Counted from the stretch's first letter, positions 1 through 9,922 are shown. The stretch: 64,000 nucleotides of DNA from Candidatus Zixiibacteriota bacterium (GCA_024278935.1 JAJRSF010000051.1:1963-65962); one strand, 5' to 3'. The notes: generated by a model not told the origin, from the sequence alone. Translations and numbers: made by a program.

Positions 1-1356
1 ACCGAAACAATCATGAAGCTCGAGCGGATTGTCTTAGGCTTTGATGGTATACAGCAAACGGTTGCAAAAATCGGTCGCCCCGAAGCAGGAAGTCATCCGC
101 ATCCTGTCAATACTGCTCATATTCAGATAATGCTCAAACCGCAATCTGAATGGGAAGATTACAATTCCAAAGAAGAACTAATTGAAGCCCTTAATAAAAA
201 GCTATCGGACTACCCCGGTGTACAGCTTGTTTTTTCACAACCGATACAGAGTATGTTCGATGAACTTCTTTCAGGCGTAAAAACACAATTAGCAATAAAA
301 TTGTACGGCGATGATCTTACTGTGTTACGAACGAAATCGGAAGAAATCAAAGAAGCTATCGAATCGGTTGATGGTCTGGTCGATCTCTCTACCGAACAAA
401 GTTTTGGACAACCACAAGTTCAAATCATTGCCAATCGTGAAGCATGTGCAAGGTATGGCGTCAATGTCTCCGAGATTCTCGAGGTTGTCGAACTTGCCAT
501 CGGTGGTGAAGTTATATCGCAAATATATCTAAACACCAGACGATTTGGGATTCATGTTCGATTTGATGAAAAGTTCCGAAGCGACCAAGAGTCTATCAAA
601 AATATGCTGGTACATTCATCTGATGGCATTCTCATACCGCTCTCACAAGTCGCCGAAGTGAAAACGCTGGTAGGTCCTATCCAGATTAACCGAGAAAAAA
701 ACCAACGGCGTTGGATAATTTCAGGTAATGTTCGTGGACGCGACATGGGTTCTGTTGTCACTGACATGAAAAATTTGATAAAAGCAAATGTAGAAATTCC
801 AGCCGGTTACTACGTAGAGTTTGGCGGTCAATTTGAAAATCAGGAACGTGCGATGAAACGATTGAGCATCATTGTCCCGATCACATTCCTTATGATATTT
901 TTGCTTCTCTATTTATCACTCGGAACATTCAGGTCGGCATCATTGATATTTATAAACGTACCGCTAGCACTTATCGGTGGTGTCTTCGGCTTGTACCTCA
1001 CCGGGGAATATTTATCTGTCCCGGCATCGGTTGGGTTTATCGCACTCTTCGGAATTGCGGTTCAAAACGGATTGGTACTCGCCTCCTATATCAATCAACT
1101 CAGGCAAGATGGGCTGAGCATCGTCGACGCAATCACCGAAGCATGTTTGCTTCGTCTTCGTCCGGTACTGATGACTGCCCTCACAACGATACTCGGACTT
1201 GTTCCTCTGCTCTTATCACACGGCATGGGTTCAGAAGTACAACGACCACTAGCGATAGTTGTTGTCTTTGGTCTGCTCTCATCGACATTTTTAACATTAG
1301 TGCTTATCCCTGTTCTCTATGAATGGTTCGCACCTAAGATAAAAATCAAAGAGTAA
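1..1356 (+). CDS. CusA/CzcA-family heavy-metal RND efflux permease, C-terminal part (5' end lies outside the window)
   Basis: Motifs typical of HME-RND pumps (QPIQ..FDELLSG, GGQFENQERA, GFIALFGIAVQNG, RLRPVLMTA, QRPLAIVV); frame open from window start. Confidence 0.92.
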   Translation, partial: TETIMKLERIVLGFDGIQQTVAKIGRPEAGSHPHPVNTAHIQIMLKPQSEWEDYNSKEELIEALNKKLSDYPGVQLVFSQPIQSMFDELLSGVKTQLAIKLYGDDLTVLRTKSEEIKEAIESVDGLVDLSTEQSFGQPQVQIIANREACARYGVNVSEILEVVELAIGGEVISQIYLNTRRFGIHVRFDEKFRSDQESIKNMLVHSSDGILIPLSQVAEVKTLVGPIQINREKNQRRWIISGNVRGRDMGSVVTDMKNLIKANVEIPAGYYVEFGGQFENQERAMKRLSIIVPITFLMIFLLLYLSLGTFRSASLIFINVPLALIGGVFGLYLTGEYLSVPASVGFIALFGIAVQNGLVLASYINQLRQDGLSIVDAITEACLLRLRPVLMTALTTILGLVPLLLSHGMGSEVQRPLAIVVVFGLLSSTFLTLVLIPVLYEWFAPKIKIKE

Positions 1357-1363
1357 CTATAAA

Positions 1364-1393
1364 AAAACGGGTGGATTCATATCCACCCGTTTT
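1364..1393. terminator. Bidirectional intrinsic terminator
   Basis: AAAACGGGTGGAT-TCAT-ATCCACCCGTTTT hairpin between convergent genes. Confidence 0.85.
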
Positions 1394-1428
1394 AAATTTC
1401 ACAGAGTATTCAAACAACAATTAAATTT

Positions 1429-3159
1429 TTAATGCGTAATATTGTATTCCTGCATCTTACGCCAAAGAGTCGTTCGACTCACACCAAGTTCAAAAGCAAT
1501 ACGACGACGATTTTTGGGATACAACCGAAGCAGACGTTCGATCTCATCTTTTCTAATTGATTCAGTACTCGATGATTCTTTTTTAAACGAATCATGACTT
1601 AAAAATATTTCTTCAGGCAGATCTTTTCGTTCGATCCGTTCATTTTTAGTTCTTAAAAAAGCAGATTCCAAAGCACCAAATAACTGACGGATATTTCCCG
1701 GCCAATGATATTGCTTCAGTACATTCATACCTCTGGTAGAAATCGCAGTGATATCTTTATTATATTTATCACGTAAATATTGCAGACGATAATCTATCAG
1801 CACAGAGAGATCACCAATTCGTTCTCTCAAAGGTGGGATTATGATTTTAATAACATTCAATCGATAATATAAATCTGACCTAAAAATACCTTTTTCAATT
1901 AACTCCAGCAGATTTTGATTCGATGCTGCGATAATACGTACATTCACTTTTTCAAGTCTGTTTGAACCGACCGGTTCAAATTCCTGTTCTTCAATCACAC
2001 GCAATAATTTTGATTGTAAAGCAGGCGACATATTTTCAACTTCATCTAAAAAGATTGTCCCTTTGTCAGCTTTTTTAAATTTACCGGCATAGTTTAAGAC
2101 TGCTCCGGTAAAAGCACCTTTAACATGTCCAAACAGTTCAGATTCAAGAAGTGATTCTGTTAAAGCTGAACAGTTAATTTTTACAAATGGTTTATCTCTT
2201 CTATGTGAAAGCCGTTGGATCGCTTTTGCTATCAACTCTTTCCCGGTACCTGTTTCACCTTTTATTAAAATCGGGGCATCGGTCGGAGCTGACTCTTCAA
2301 CCAGTTCTAAAATCTCTTTCATATTATCACTTTTAGTAATGATATGATGATATTCAAAAGCGTTCTCGGCTCCTTTGCGCAAGGCGACAGTTTCAGAAAC
2401 TTTGCTAATTACACCAATGACAGATTCAACTTTACCTTTTTGATTTTTAACAACCATGATAGATTTATCATAAGGAGTCATCTCTTTACCGACCATCATA
2501 CGCTGATGTGAATTGATAACATTCGTTTTATTTTTCACAGCCCATTGCAGCGGGCAATCATCACCGCATTCGTCGGAACAAAGCACATCGGCACATTTAT
2601 ATCCTATTAAATCCTGTGTTTTCTTACCGGAAAGCTTCAGAAGTTTTTCATTCACCGATGTAATAACACCCTCAGGAGTAGCAGTGTAATAGCCATCGCT
2701 GATGTCATCTAAAATATTGTGGAGCCGTTCTTTTTCCATCATCAAGGCAGCGTTGGTTTCTTCTAGAGTGCCAATATACATACCCAACTGTTTCATATTT
2801 CGATACAGTTCAAGGACTCCGATAGTCTTTCCATCTTTATCTATTATAGGCGAGGCAGAAACACAAAAAGGACCTGTTTCATGTTTTTGACAATGTAGAT
2901 TATGTTCCGAAAAATCTTCTTGATTGTTAATGATATTGCGATGCGGACAGCTTTTGTAACAATGGTCAAAACCGACAACATCGGTACATTTTTTGCCGAT
3001 AAAATCTTCGGGAGTTTTCTCATAAATATCAGCGAAACGATTATTGACATAGATAATATTAAAATCATTATCAATGGCAACCAAACCGTCATAAATAGAT
3101 TCGGCAATATTATCTAAGACATGTTGATTCTTTTTTATCTCGTTCAACTTATCTTCCAC
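1429..3159 (-). CDS. Sigma54-dependent transcriptional activator (2 PAS + AAA+ + Fis-type HTH)
   Basis: GETGTGKE Walker A, ESELFGHVKGAFTGA, FLDEV, WPGNIRQL, C-terminal LGVSRTTLWRKM; two N-terminal PAS-like repeats. Confidence 0.95.
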   Translation of the reverse strand: MEDKLNEIKKNQHVLDNIAESIYDGLVAIDNDFNIIYVNNRFADIYEKTPEDFIGKKCTDVVGFDHCYKSCPHRNIINNQEDFSEHNLHCQKHETGPFCVSASPIIDKDGKTIGVLELYRNMKQLGMYIGTLEETNAALMMEKERLHNILDDISDGYYTATPEGVITSVNEKLLKLSGKKTQDLIGYKCADVLCSDECGDDCPLQWAVKNKTNVINSHQRMMVGKEMTPYDKSIMVVKNQKGKVESVIGVISKVSETVALRKGAENAFEYHHIITKSDNMKEILELVEESAPTDAPILIKGETGTGKELIAKAIQRLSHRRDKPFVKINCSALTESLLESELFGHVKGAFTGAVLNYAGKFKKADKGTIFLDEVENMSPALQSKLLRVIEEQEFEPVGSNRLEKVNVRIIAASNQNLLELIEKGIFRSDLYYRLNVIKIIIPPLRERIGDLSVLIDYRLQYLRDKYNKDITAISTRGMNVLKQYHWPGNIRQLFGALESAFLRTKNERIERKDLPEEIFLSHDSFKKESSSTESIRKDEIERLLRLYPKNRRRIAFELGVSRTTLWRKMQEYNITH

Positions 3160-3171
3160 GGGAAAAACCCT

Positions 3172-3690
3172 TTATATTTCTTCTATCTGAACCATTGTTT
3201 CTTGTACAAGTGATGCCACTCGCAAAGCGATCATATCATCGCTTCGTTTAATAATAGCATCGGTAAAGATATTATACCACGGTTTTAGAAAAATGGTATA
3301 AAAATCTTTTGCTCCGGCTATATCATCACAAGATAATTTAAAAAGCAAAAATTCAAACAGGACTTTTAAATGATCGGGCGGATAATTTGTCGCCACTTTT
3401 TTATCCTTGGCATAATAAGAAATCAGAGCATCAAGATAATTTTCTTTCTCTCTCTTATCCGGTAAATTCTCGGTAGCCAAAGGAAAAACAGGTCGTGCGT
3501 TTTGGGAATTCACAAATAAATCCGTAATCATGACCATCGTTGCATCTGCAAAAGAAAATTCAGATTCAGACTCTTCTATCTTTCCAAGAGGAGTTTCTCC
3601 GAGCCGAATTTGTTCAATCAATTCGGCATCCGGCTCAGAGAAAAATTTTGTTAAAAACTCAAGTTTAATTTGTAATTCAGTTGTTGCCAT
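3172..3690 (-). CDS. TorD/DmsD-family molybdoenzyme maturation chaperone
   Basis: PPDHLKVLFEFL motif (E/PPDH), size and position after the molybdoenzyme operon; start reassigned to ATG at 3690 (MATTELQ). Confidence 0.8.
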   Translation of the reverse strand: MATTELQIKLEFLTKFFSEPDAELIEQIRLGETPLGKIEESESEFSFADATMVMITDLFVNSQNARPVFPLATENLPDKREKENYLDALISYYAKDKKVATNYPPDHLKVLFEFLLFKLSCDDIAGAKDFYTIFLKPWYNIFTDAIIKRSDDMIALRVASLVQETMVQIEEI

Positions 3691-3691
3691 T

Positions 3692-4642
3692 TTATGCTCC
3701 AAATGATGATGCTTGTCCTGCATATACAAATATATATCGTAATAAAAATCCACCAACTAAAACTAATATAGCACTCAAATAACCAAAAAACTTAATATGA
3801 GAGCTTTTCTGCTTTCGAGCGATTTCCGGTATCAAATCTATAGTCTCAAGAATCAATGGAATCACTAACCCTATCAAAACAAACCCGTACCAGAAAATAT
3901 TTGTATACTCACCACCTAAAATCAGATCAAGCGATGCTGACTGACTTGCGGTAGAAATTGAATTATGCAATATATACGGAATAAGAATAAACATTTCAAA
4001 AATAATTAATATAACATCGGCAGAATAAAGTAATTTTCTTTCGCGATGAAAATCTTCTTTTGATGTGTTTTTTGACATCCAGTTTGAAGCAAACAACATA
4101 ACCGCAGTCGCTGTTGAAAGAGCCGACACCAAAAAGAGCATCGCCACCATCGGCGTATTCCAAAACGGACGAGCAGGAATTGCTCCCAGTAAAACACCGG
4201 TATAAATACCAACTGCTATACCGGTTGGAAAACCGATAGCACCTAAAATTCCACGAATCTTCACACGACTTTTAGGAATTGATAACTTGAATTTCCCAAG
4301 TTTTAGTGTAGAATATTTTTCAGGTAACCAGAGTATCGCATAGAGTGATGCTATTATCGAGAAAAACATTAACAACCAACTCCCGATAGACATTGGTGAA
4401 GTCCATTGGATGGTGGTAAATAATCTCCAAAAATGTAAAGGTCTATCTAAATCAATCAGTAATAAAAACAGTCCAATAAATAATGGAAATGGTGCAAAAT
4501 ATGCTCCAAAGGCTGCGAGCTTATGAAGCTTCGGATCTCTCAAATATGCTAAAAATGCTGAGAGAATAAAAACACCGGCAGAAAGTCCACCGAAGTAAAG
4601 ATATAAAACAACGGGCATACCCCATTCAACTTCGTGCATCAT
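3692..4642 (-). CDS. psrC: NrfD/PsrC-family membrane anchor of polysulfide/thiosulfate reductase
   Basis: WGMPVVLYLYFGGLSAG, DLDRPLHFW, SPMSIGSW, YTGVLL...RPFWNTP; about 8 TM helices. Confidence 0.88.
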   Translation of the reverse strand: MMHEVEWGMPVVLYLYFGGLSAGVFILSAFLAYLRDPKLHKLAAFGAYFAPFPLFIGLFLLLIDLDRPLHFWRLFTTIQWTSPMSIGSWLLMFFSIIASLYAILWLPEKYSTLKLGKFKLSIPKSRVKIRGILGAIGFPTGIAVGIYTGVLLGAIPARPFWNTPMVAMLFLVSALSTATAVMLFASNWMSKNTSKEDFHRERKLLYSADVILIIFEMFILIPYILHNSISTASQSASLDLILGGEYTNIFWYGFVLIGLVIPLILETIDLIPEIARKQKSSHIKFFGYLSAILVLVGGFLLRYIFVYAGQASSFGA

Positions 4643-4648
4643 ATGCTC

Positions 4649-5203
4649 CTAATCTATAATGTAATATATCCGAGGCTTTGTTCCGGTCTCTGGATATTTT
4701 ACTTCAGTTCTATGGGTTGCGATTTTCAGAGAAATTTCAGACTTTGGATCATTAAGATCCCCAAAGGTCCGAACCTTACCGGGACAAGTTTCTAAACAGG
4801 CTGGCTCTCTACCTTGATAAATACGTTGAGTACAATAAGTACATTTGTCTACAATACCACGCTCTTTGTCAACATACCTGGCATCGTATGGACAAGCCAT
4901 CATACAGAAACGACAGCCGATACATTTATTATAATCAATTAATACAATTCCATCATCGTTCACAAATGTAGCACCGGTTGGGCATACTCGTTCACAATGC
5001 GGATTATCACAATGATTACATTGGTTCGGAGTAAAGTCAATTCCCAAATTCGGATATGTACCACGCACTTCGGATTCATCGATCCAATTACGATGTTTAT
5101 GAAGTGGTACATTATTTTCTGCCTGACATGCAATCATACATGCTTTACAGTTTATACATCTCGACTGCTCTATGAGCATGCCGTATTTCTTTTCCTGACT
5201 CAT
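4649..5203 (-). CDS. psrB: 4x[4Fe-4S] electron-transfer subunit (PsrB/NrfC/DmsB family)
   Basis: CINCKACMIAC, CNHCDNPHCERVCP, CIGCRFCMMACP, KCTYC...PACLETCP. Confidence 0.92.
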   Translation of the reverse strand: MSQEKKYGMLIEQSRCINCKACMIACQAENNVPLHKHRNWIDESEVRGTYPNLGIDFTPNQCNHCDNPHCERVCPTGATFVNDDGIVLIDYNKCIGCRFCMMACPYDARYVDKERGIVDKCTYCTQRIYQGREPACLETCPGKVRTFGDLNDPKSEISLKIATHRTEVKYPETGTKPRIYYIID

Positions 5204-7458
5204 CCTGTTATACCTCCGCTTTTAACTCTCGATTTCCGTCTGTCGCCCTGGACATCCTCAGTATGGAGTGTTCTTTTAGGAATTATCTGCACGAAATCTT
5301 CATGCATGGCAGCATTGCCGGTTATTTTATCATAGTAAGAACCAAGCAGATCAGAACCGCGAGCTCCTTTATTGTAAGCTATACTCAAACCTTTTGAGGT
5401 ATGACCAAATCCATGCGGCATACAAATAACATCGGCATGCACTCTGTCAGTTATATAAACAGGAAGTTCAACTTCACCATATGGTGAACGAAGAATAACA
5501 ATCTCACCCTGCACTATACCATGTTTCTCAGCAGCTATTGGATTGACATGTGCCATCGCATGCATACCAACCGCCATCAGCCATTCATTATTTTGAAGTG
5601 ACGAATGAGTATAGTTGGCACAACGAGCAGTTAATAAAATATAACTTCCGCTTGGAATATTTTTTGGTCGTTTATAAATTGGTAATGGATCATATCCTTT
5701 TTCGGCATATCGTTCTGAAAATAGTTCTATCTTCCCTGTCTTTGTTCGGAATCGATATCCTTCTTTAAGGGTCTTGCCAAAGACCTTACCTTTGTCATCA
5801 GCGTAGAACCCACGACGTTTTAATTCATCCAAATCAATCGGTAGTTCTTCAACTTGTGCTTCCAGCCATTCTTCTATTGTGAAATCAAAGTATTCACCTA
5901 AATCAAGTTTCGAGGCAAGATGTTTCATGATTTCCAAATTAGGACGAGTCTCATACATCGGTTCGATAACTTTCTGACGAAGCGCTACAGCAGGTTCTAA
6001 ACCACCAAGCGAATGAAGCGGGTCAGTGCGTTCCAAATATGTTGCTTCAGGAAGCATAACATCGGACTCCCAAGCAGTATCGTTTGGAATTATGTCGATA
6101 GAAACTATCAACTCCATCTTTTTCATCATCTCATAAGTCTTTTGAGAATTAGGTACTGACTGAAGCGGATTCTGTTTGTAGATCATCCATGCTTTTAAAG
6201 GATACGGGTCTTCTTTTAAGGCATGTTCACGAAGTGTCATATAGACACCATCTCTTCTATTAGCGAGAGGGAATTCATTTTTAACATTGTCAATACGTTC
6301 TGCTTCCGGTTCATCAGGAGGGAAAATCAACATTTCGCCTAAACCGATTTTACGTGCCGGTGCGACTCCGCCTTCACGGTCCCATGCTCCGGAGATTGCG
6401 TTGACAATTGCAATCGCTCTTCTAAATTGTGTATCATTTTCAGTCCAGCTACCTCGACGTCCTGAATAAAAGACCGAACGAGGTAAACTGCTCATAAAGT
6501 CTTTACCGACTTTATAAATTGTCTCAACAGGAATACCTGTTTCATAAGCTGCCCACTCAGGCGTATACTGTTTTACATGTTCCGCAAGTTTATCAAAACC
6601 ATGCGTATATTTTTCTACAAAAACTTTATCATACTTATTTTCTTTAATCATCATATGTATCAACGCAAGAGCAAAAGCTAAATCTGTACCCGGCTTGATA
6701 GGCACCCAAAGATTTGCTTTTGATGCGGTGACAGTAAAACGAGGATCCAAGACAACGTGATAATGACCGGAAGCTTTGCCTTCAATCATATCAACAGTGT
6801 CTGGAGTCAGTAGTGATTCGAGTCTGTTTGAGCCGGCAAAAATTACATAGTCGGCATGTTTTAAATCAAAATGTGGTACGGTTCCGAATGTATTAAACAT
6901 CGCATTGTTCACAGATGCTAAACATAAAGTAGGATGACGAACTGTATTCGGTGACCCAAATGCTTCAGCTAAACGTAAGAAATATTCTTCCTGGAATCCT
7001 TCAGTCGATGAAAACAATACTGCCTCAGGACCATGTTTTTCTTTTATTTCAGTTAATTTGTCAGCGATGTATGTAAGAGCTTCATCCCATGTTGCTCTTC
7101 TCCATTTACCTTCGCCACGTTTGCCTACACGAATCATAGGGTATTTTAAACGGTCAGGATCATAGACCGTTTGTATGCCGGCATTACCTTTGGCACATAA
7201 CATCCCTTTTGATTTAGGATGGTCTGCAATTGGATCAAGTTTTCGTATAACGCCGTTGTTCACTCGGGCAATCATACCACATTTATTTACACAGAGTCCG
7301 CAGTGGGTCCGTATGTCGCCGGAAAAATTATCCGGCAGATCTTTTATATCGGTTTCTGCAAAAGCTGAAGCAAACTTAAACTGGCTGCCTATTATTGCAC
7401 CAACAACAGAGCAACTGCCTAGTTTCATAAAACTTCTGCGACCAAATTCATATTTCAT
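5200..7458 (-). CDS. psrA: Molybdopterin oxidoreductase catalytic subunit, PsrA/PhsA type, Tat-exported
   Basis: Tat motif RRSFMK, FeS motif CGLCVNKC...CAKG, HPTLC Cys-ligand region, operon with PsrB/PsrC homologues; substrate inferred. Confidence 0.82.
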   Translation of the reverse strand: MKYEFGRRSFMKLGSCSVVGAIIGSQFKFASAFAETDIKDLPDNFSGDIRTHCGLCVNKCGMIARVNNGVIRKLDPIADHPKSKGMLCAKGNAGIQTVYDPDRLKYPMIRVGKRGEGKWRRATWDEALTYIADKLTEIKEKHGPEAVLFSSTEGFQEEYFLRLAEAFGSPNTVRHPTLCLASVNNAMFNTFGTVPHFDLKHADYVIFAGSNRLESLLTPDTVDMIEGKASGHYHVVLDPRFTVTASKANLWVPIKPGTDLAFALALIHMMIKENKYDKVFVEKYTHGFDKLAEHVKQYTPEWAAYETGIPVETIYKVGKDFMSSLPRSVFYSGRRGSWTENDTQFRRAIAIVNAISGAWDREGGVAPARKIGLGEMLIFPPDEPEAERIDNVKNEFPLANRRDGVYMTLREHALKEDPYPLKAWMIYKQNPLQSVPNSQKTYEMMKKMELIVSIDIIPNDTAWESDVMLPEATYLERTDPLHSLGGLEPAVALRQKVIEPMYETRPNLEIMKHLASKLDLGEYFDFTIEEWLEAQVEELPIDLDELKRRGFYADDKGKVFGKTLKEGYRFRTKTGKIELFSERYAEKGYDPLPIYKRPKNIPSGSYILLTARCANYTHSSLQNNEWLMAVGMHAMAHVNPIAAEKHGIVQGEIVILRSPYGEVELPVYITDRVHADVICMPHGFGHTSKGLSIAYNKGARGSDLLGSYYDKITGNAAMHEDFVQIIPKRTLHTEDVQGDRRKSRVKSGGITG

Positions 7459-7485
7459 AATATCAAGCCTTGTTTCGTTTTTAAT

Positions 7486-7512
7486 GCGGGTACCTGCCCG
7501 GCAGGTACCCGC
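7486..7512. other. GC-rich intra-operon hairpin (likely mRNA stabiliser)
   Basis: GCGGGTACCTGC-CCG-GCAGGTACCCGC perfect 12-bp stem, no U-tract on the coding strand. Confidence 0.6.
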
Positions 7513-7518
7513 GGTACA

Positions 7519-9039
7519 CTAAAAGTCTAAGTCAAACACCACATATAAGTTTGTGATTTTGTCAGGGAACGCATATCCGAGCATTGGATTGTTAGCAAGT
7601 TCAAAGTTCTCCATTGGAGCTGGAGCAATGTGCCAACCGGAGAAAGCATAGTCATAATCATATGCTTGTAAACCTACACGGATCTTAAATTTCTTTTCAA
7701 TTTTTTGAATATAGTATGCTTCAATTACAGAACCTTTTGTAGCAAGTTTACTCATCGCAATGTCATCGGCACCATTTGTATAACTGAACCAATGAGCATC
7801 ACCATGGTTATATTCAAGACCAAATTTACCATCAGTAGCTTTAACAGGGAAACGAGCACCAAGATAATATGCCATTCCGCTTTCAGATTCTAAAGGATTA
7901 CCAAGTAACCCACCAAAACCATACTGAGATACTGCTCCAATATCAGGATCAGATTTATTATATGCTATAGAACCAAACCAACTTATATCATTAATCTCCT
8001 GCTGGAAACAGGCACCAAATAAATCCATATCGCCAAGGTTTCTTGTTGATGTAACCAGTTGTTCATTTCCATCATATGGAACCGGAAAATTACGTGTATA
8101 ACCGGTAGAAATATCAGTCATGTCGATAAATCGCATATACCCAAGAGTCAATAAAGTCTTACCTGGTAATTGTGGAATTGGTGTTTCCGCACAACCACCG
8201 GCAACTTTAGAATCTTTAAGTTCAGATACAACTAGAGAAACTGGTTGTCCATTGACTGGATCAAATCCTGGAACATAAGATTTTTCTACTGCTCCACCGC
8301 CACCAAATCCAGATTCAAATCCTGTTCCATAACAGAAACGGAATACAGACCCGTCAGGTAATCCAATAGTTTCATCTAGACGCATACCAATCATAATACC
8401 ATCAATCTCAGCATCAATCATCAATCCACCAGGTGTACCTTGACGAACTCTGTCTTCACGTAATTCACGTGGAGGACCATTAGTTGCTGCTTGACGACCA
8501 GCTGTAAAAAAGAATGGTGAATTTGCTGGTGAATATGTAAATGCTGCCCGCTCGACACGAAGTGCGTTGTCAGTTGGGATATTTGTTGCGTTAGCATCAT
8601 AGGCTACTGTGTTTGGGAAACCGTTAAAAATTGGGACACCGGAACCACCATATGTTTGATGCATGACCAAACGACCGGTAAAATGAAGTTGTGGTGATGG
8701 TTTCGCATCGATTTTTAAGCGAAGTTTTAGACTCCAGTTTTCAGAATTCTTTAAATCATACGCTTCGTATGGCATATAACTCATAGGATTCGTTGGGTCT
8801 CCACCTTGATACAGAAAATGTGGTTGATAGTCAAATTTAATATTATCATACTTGACTCTGAAATCACCAAAGATAGATACTTTGTTTTTAGCTGCTTTTA
8901 ATTCAAGTGCATCAACACGGTCGAGTAGATCTTCGACATCATCGGCTACTTCGTCAGCAACAGCAAGGCTGAAACTCATTAGAACTGCCAGCATTAAAAT
9001 ACCGACTAAAATCATTGATTTGTTAAAAAAGTTTTTCAT
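7519..9039 (-). CDS. DUF3373-like outer-membrane beta-barrel protein
   Basis: Signal peptide, short coiled coil, GDFRVKYD start of barrel, VERAAF and LEYNHG...W motifs, terminal Phe. Confidence 0.7.
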   Translation of the reverse strand: MKNFFNKSMILVGILMLAVLMSFSLAVADEVADDVEDLLDRVDALELKAAKNKVSIFGDFRVKYDNIKFDYQPHFLYQGGDPTNPMSYMPYEAYDLKNSENWSLKLRLKIDAKPSPQLHFTGRLVMHQTYGGSGVPIFNGFPNTVAYDANATNIPTDNALRVERAAFTYSPANSPFFFTAGRQAATNGPPRELREDRVRQGTPGGLMIDAEIDGIMIGMRLDETIGLPDGSVFRFCYGTGFESGFGGGGAVEKSYVPGFDPVNGQPVSLVVSELKDSKVAGGCAETPIPQLPGKTLLTLGYMRFIDMTDISTGYTRNFPVPYDGNEQLVTSTRNLGDMDLFGACFQQEINDISWFGSIAYNKSDPDIGAVSQYGFGGLLGNPLESESGMAYYLGARFPVKATDGKFGLEYNHGDAHWFSYTNGADDIAMSKLATKGSVIEAYYIQKIEKKFKIRVGLQAYDYDYAFSGWHIAPAPMENFELANNPMLGYAFPDKITNLYVVFDLDF

Positions 9040-9069
9040 AATACCACCTCAATAAAATTTATTGTTTAA

Positions 9070-9471
9070 TTACCCACATGTTTCCGGTTGATCTGAATCT
9101 GCAGCATGATTGATTAAAAAATGCTTAATATGAATCAGTTGTGTTGCATCAAAATCAGTTGAATATTTTGCACCTTTGTAATGTTTATCTTTTTTAAATG
9201 CTCTTTCCCACTGTTTGATAGTTTTTGACATAGGTGTTACTTCGCCGCCTTCGCCTTTACTGCCATGACAGGATTTACATGTTTTCTTAAAGAAAAACTT
9301 ACCTTTTTTGTCGCTTGGTTTAACTTCTTTTTTGACTGTTTTTGGAGTGTCGACCTTCTTGGCATCATCACCCGCAAAGACATCATTGGAAATTGCTGTC
9401 ATAGCAACTAAAGCACAAACTGCTAAAGTTAGCAAAATGACAATTGTTTTAAAATTTCTTCTTGTTTTCAT
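9070..9471 (-). CDS. Periplasmic monoheme cytochrome c
   Basis: Signal peptide, single CKSCH heme-binding motif, C-terminal HAADSDQPETCG. Confidence 0.85.
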   Translation of the reverse strand: MKTRRNFKTIVILLTLAVCALVAMTAISNDVFAGDDAKKVDTPKTVKKEVKPSDKKGKFFFKKTCKSCHGSKGEGGEVTPMSKTIKQWERAFKKDKHYKGAKYSTDFDATQLIHIKHFLINHAADSDQPETCG

Positions 9472-9571
9472 GATACATTCCTTTTGTTACGTTTCACTAT
9501 GTTACACTACTTAACTTTTTTCTCTATGTCTTTCAACAACTTAGAATTCTTATTCATCACACATATAATAA

Positions 9572-9589
9572 TATCAAATTCCGTGCCAA
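9572..9589 (-). promoter_or_regulatory. Sigma54 (-24/-12) promoter of the cytochrome/DUF3373/psr operon
   Basis: Minus strand TTGGCACGGAATTTGAT (consensus TGGCACG-N4-TTGC, one mismatch at -12) about 100 bp before the first gene; cognate bEBP ends the operon. Confidence 0.75.
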
Positions 9590-9833
9590 TTCCCCCCAAA
9601 CCTTATACGACTATGTTTCAAGCAGTTACACACTTCATTAACGTTTCACAAGAACGGCGAAACGTTTCAAGAAATAACAAACATTTCTAATACCACCAAC
9701 TCGTTATATATACATGTTTTACATGTTCCGCTGTTAGCTTTCACTAATGTTACATAATCAGCGACGTTTCATCTTTTGGAAATGTTACAACAATTATGTT
9801 TCAATTTTGTTTAATTTTTATGAATTTTTAAAC

Positions 9834-9871
9834 AAAAAAAGACTTAACAATTCAGATAATTGTTAAGTCTT
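9834..9871 (-). terminator. Intrinsic terminator of the pst/phoU operon
   Basis: AAGACTTAACAATT/AATTGTTAAGTCTT inverted repeat followed by a T-run on the minus strand. Confidence 0.75.
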
Positions 9872-9922
9872 GTAGAATTTTGAGAGTAGTTATAATTTTA
9901 ACGAATCAAACAGAATCGTACA

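Noticed and set aside
3691-3756. Longer N-termini in the ORF track (TorD 3756; also porin 15483, ECF 26570, M14 30228, PhoU 10600)
   Set aside because: They overlap neighbours or regulatory DNA; downstream starts fit RBS, signal peptide or family length better
5200-7458. Selenocysteine or formate/nitrate reductase identity for the molybdoenzyme
   Set aside because: No in-frame TGA; ligand region HPTLC and NrfD partner fit the Psr/Phs group
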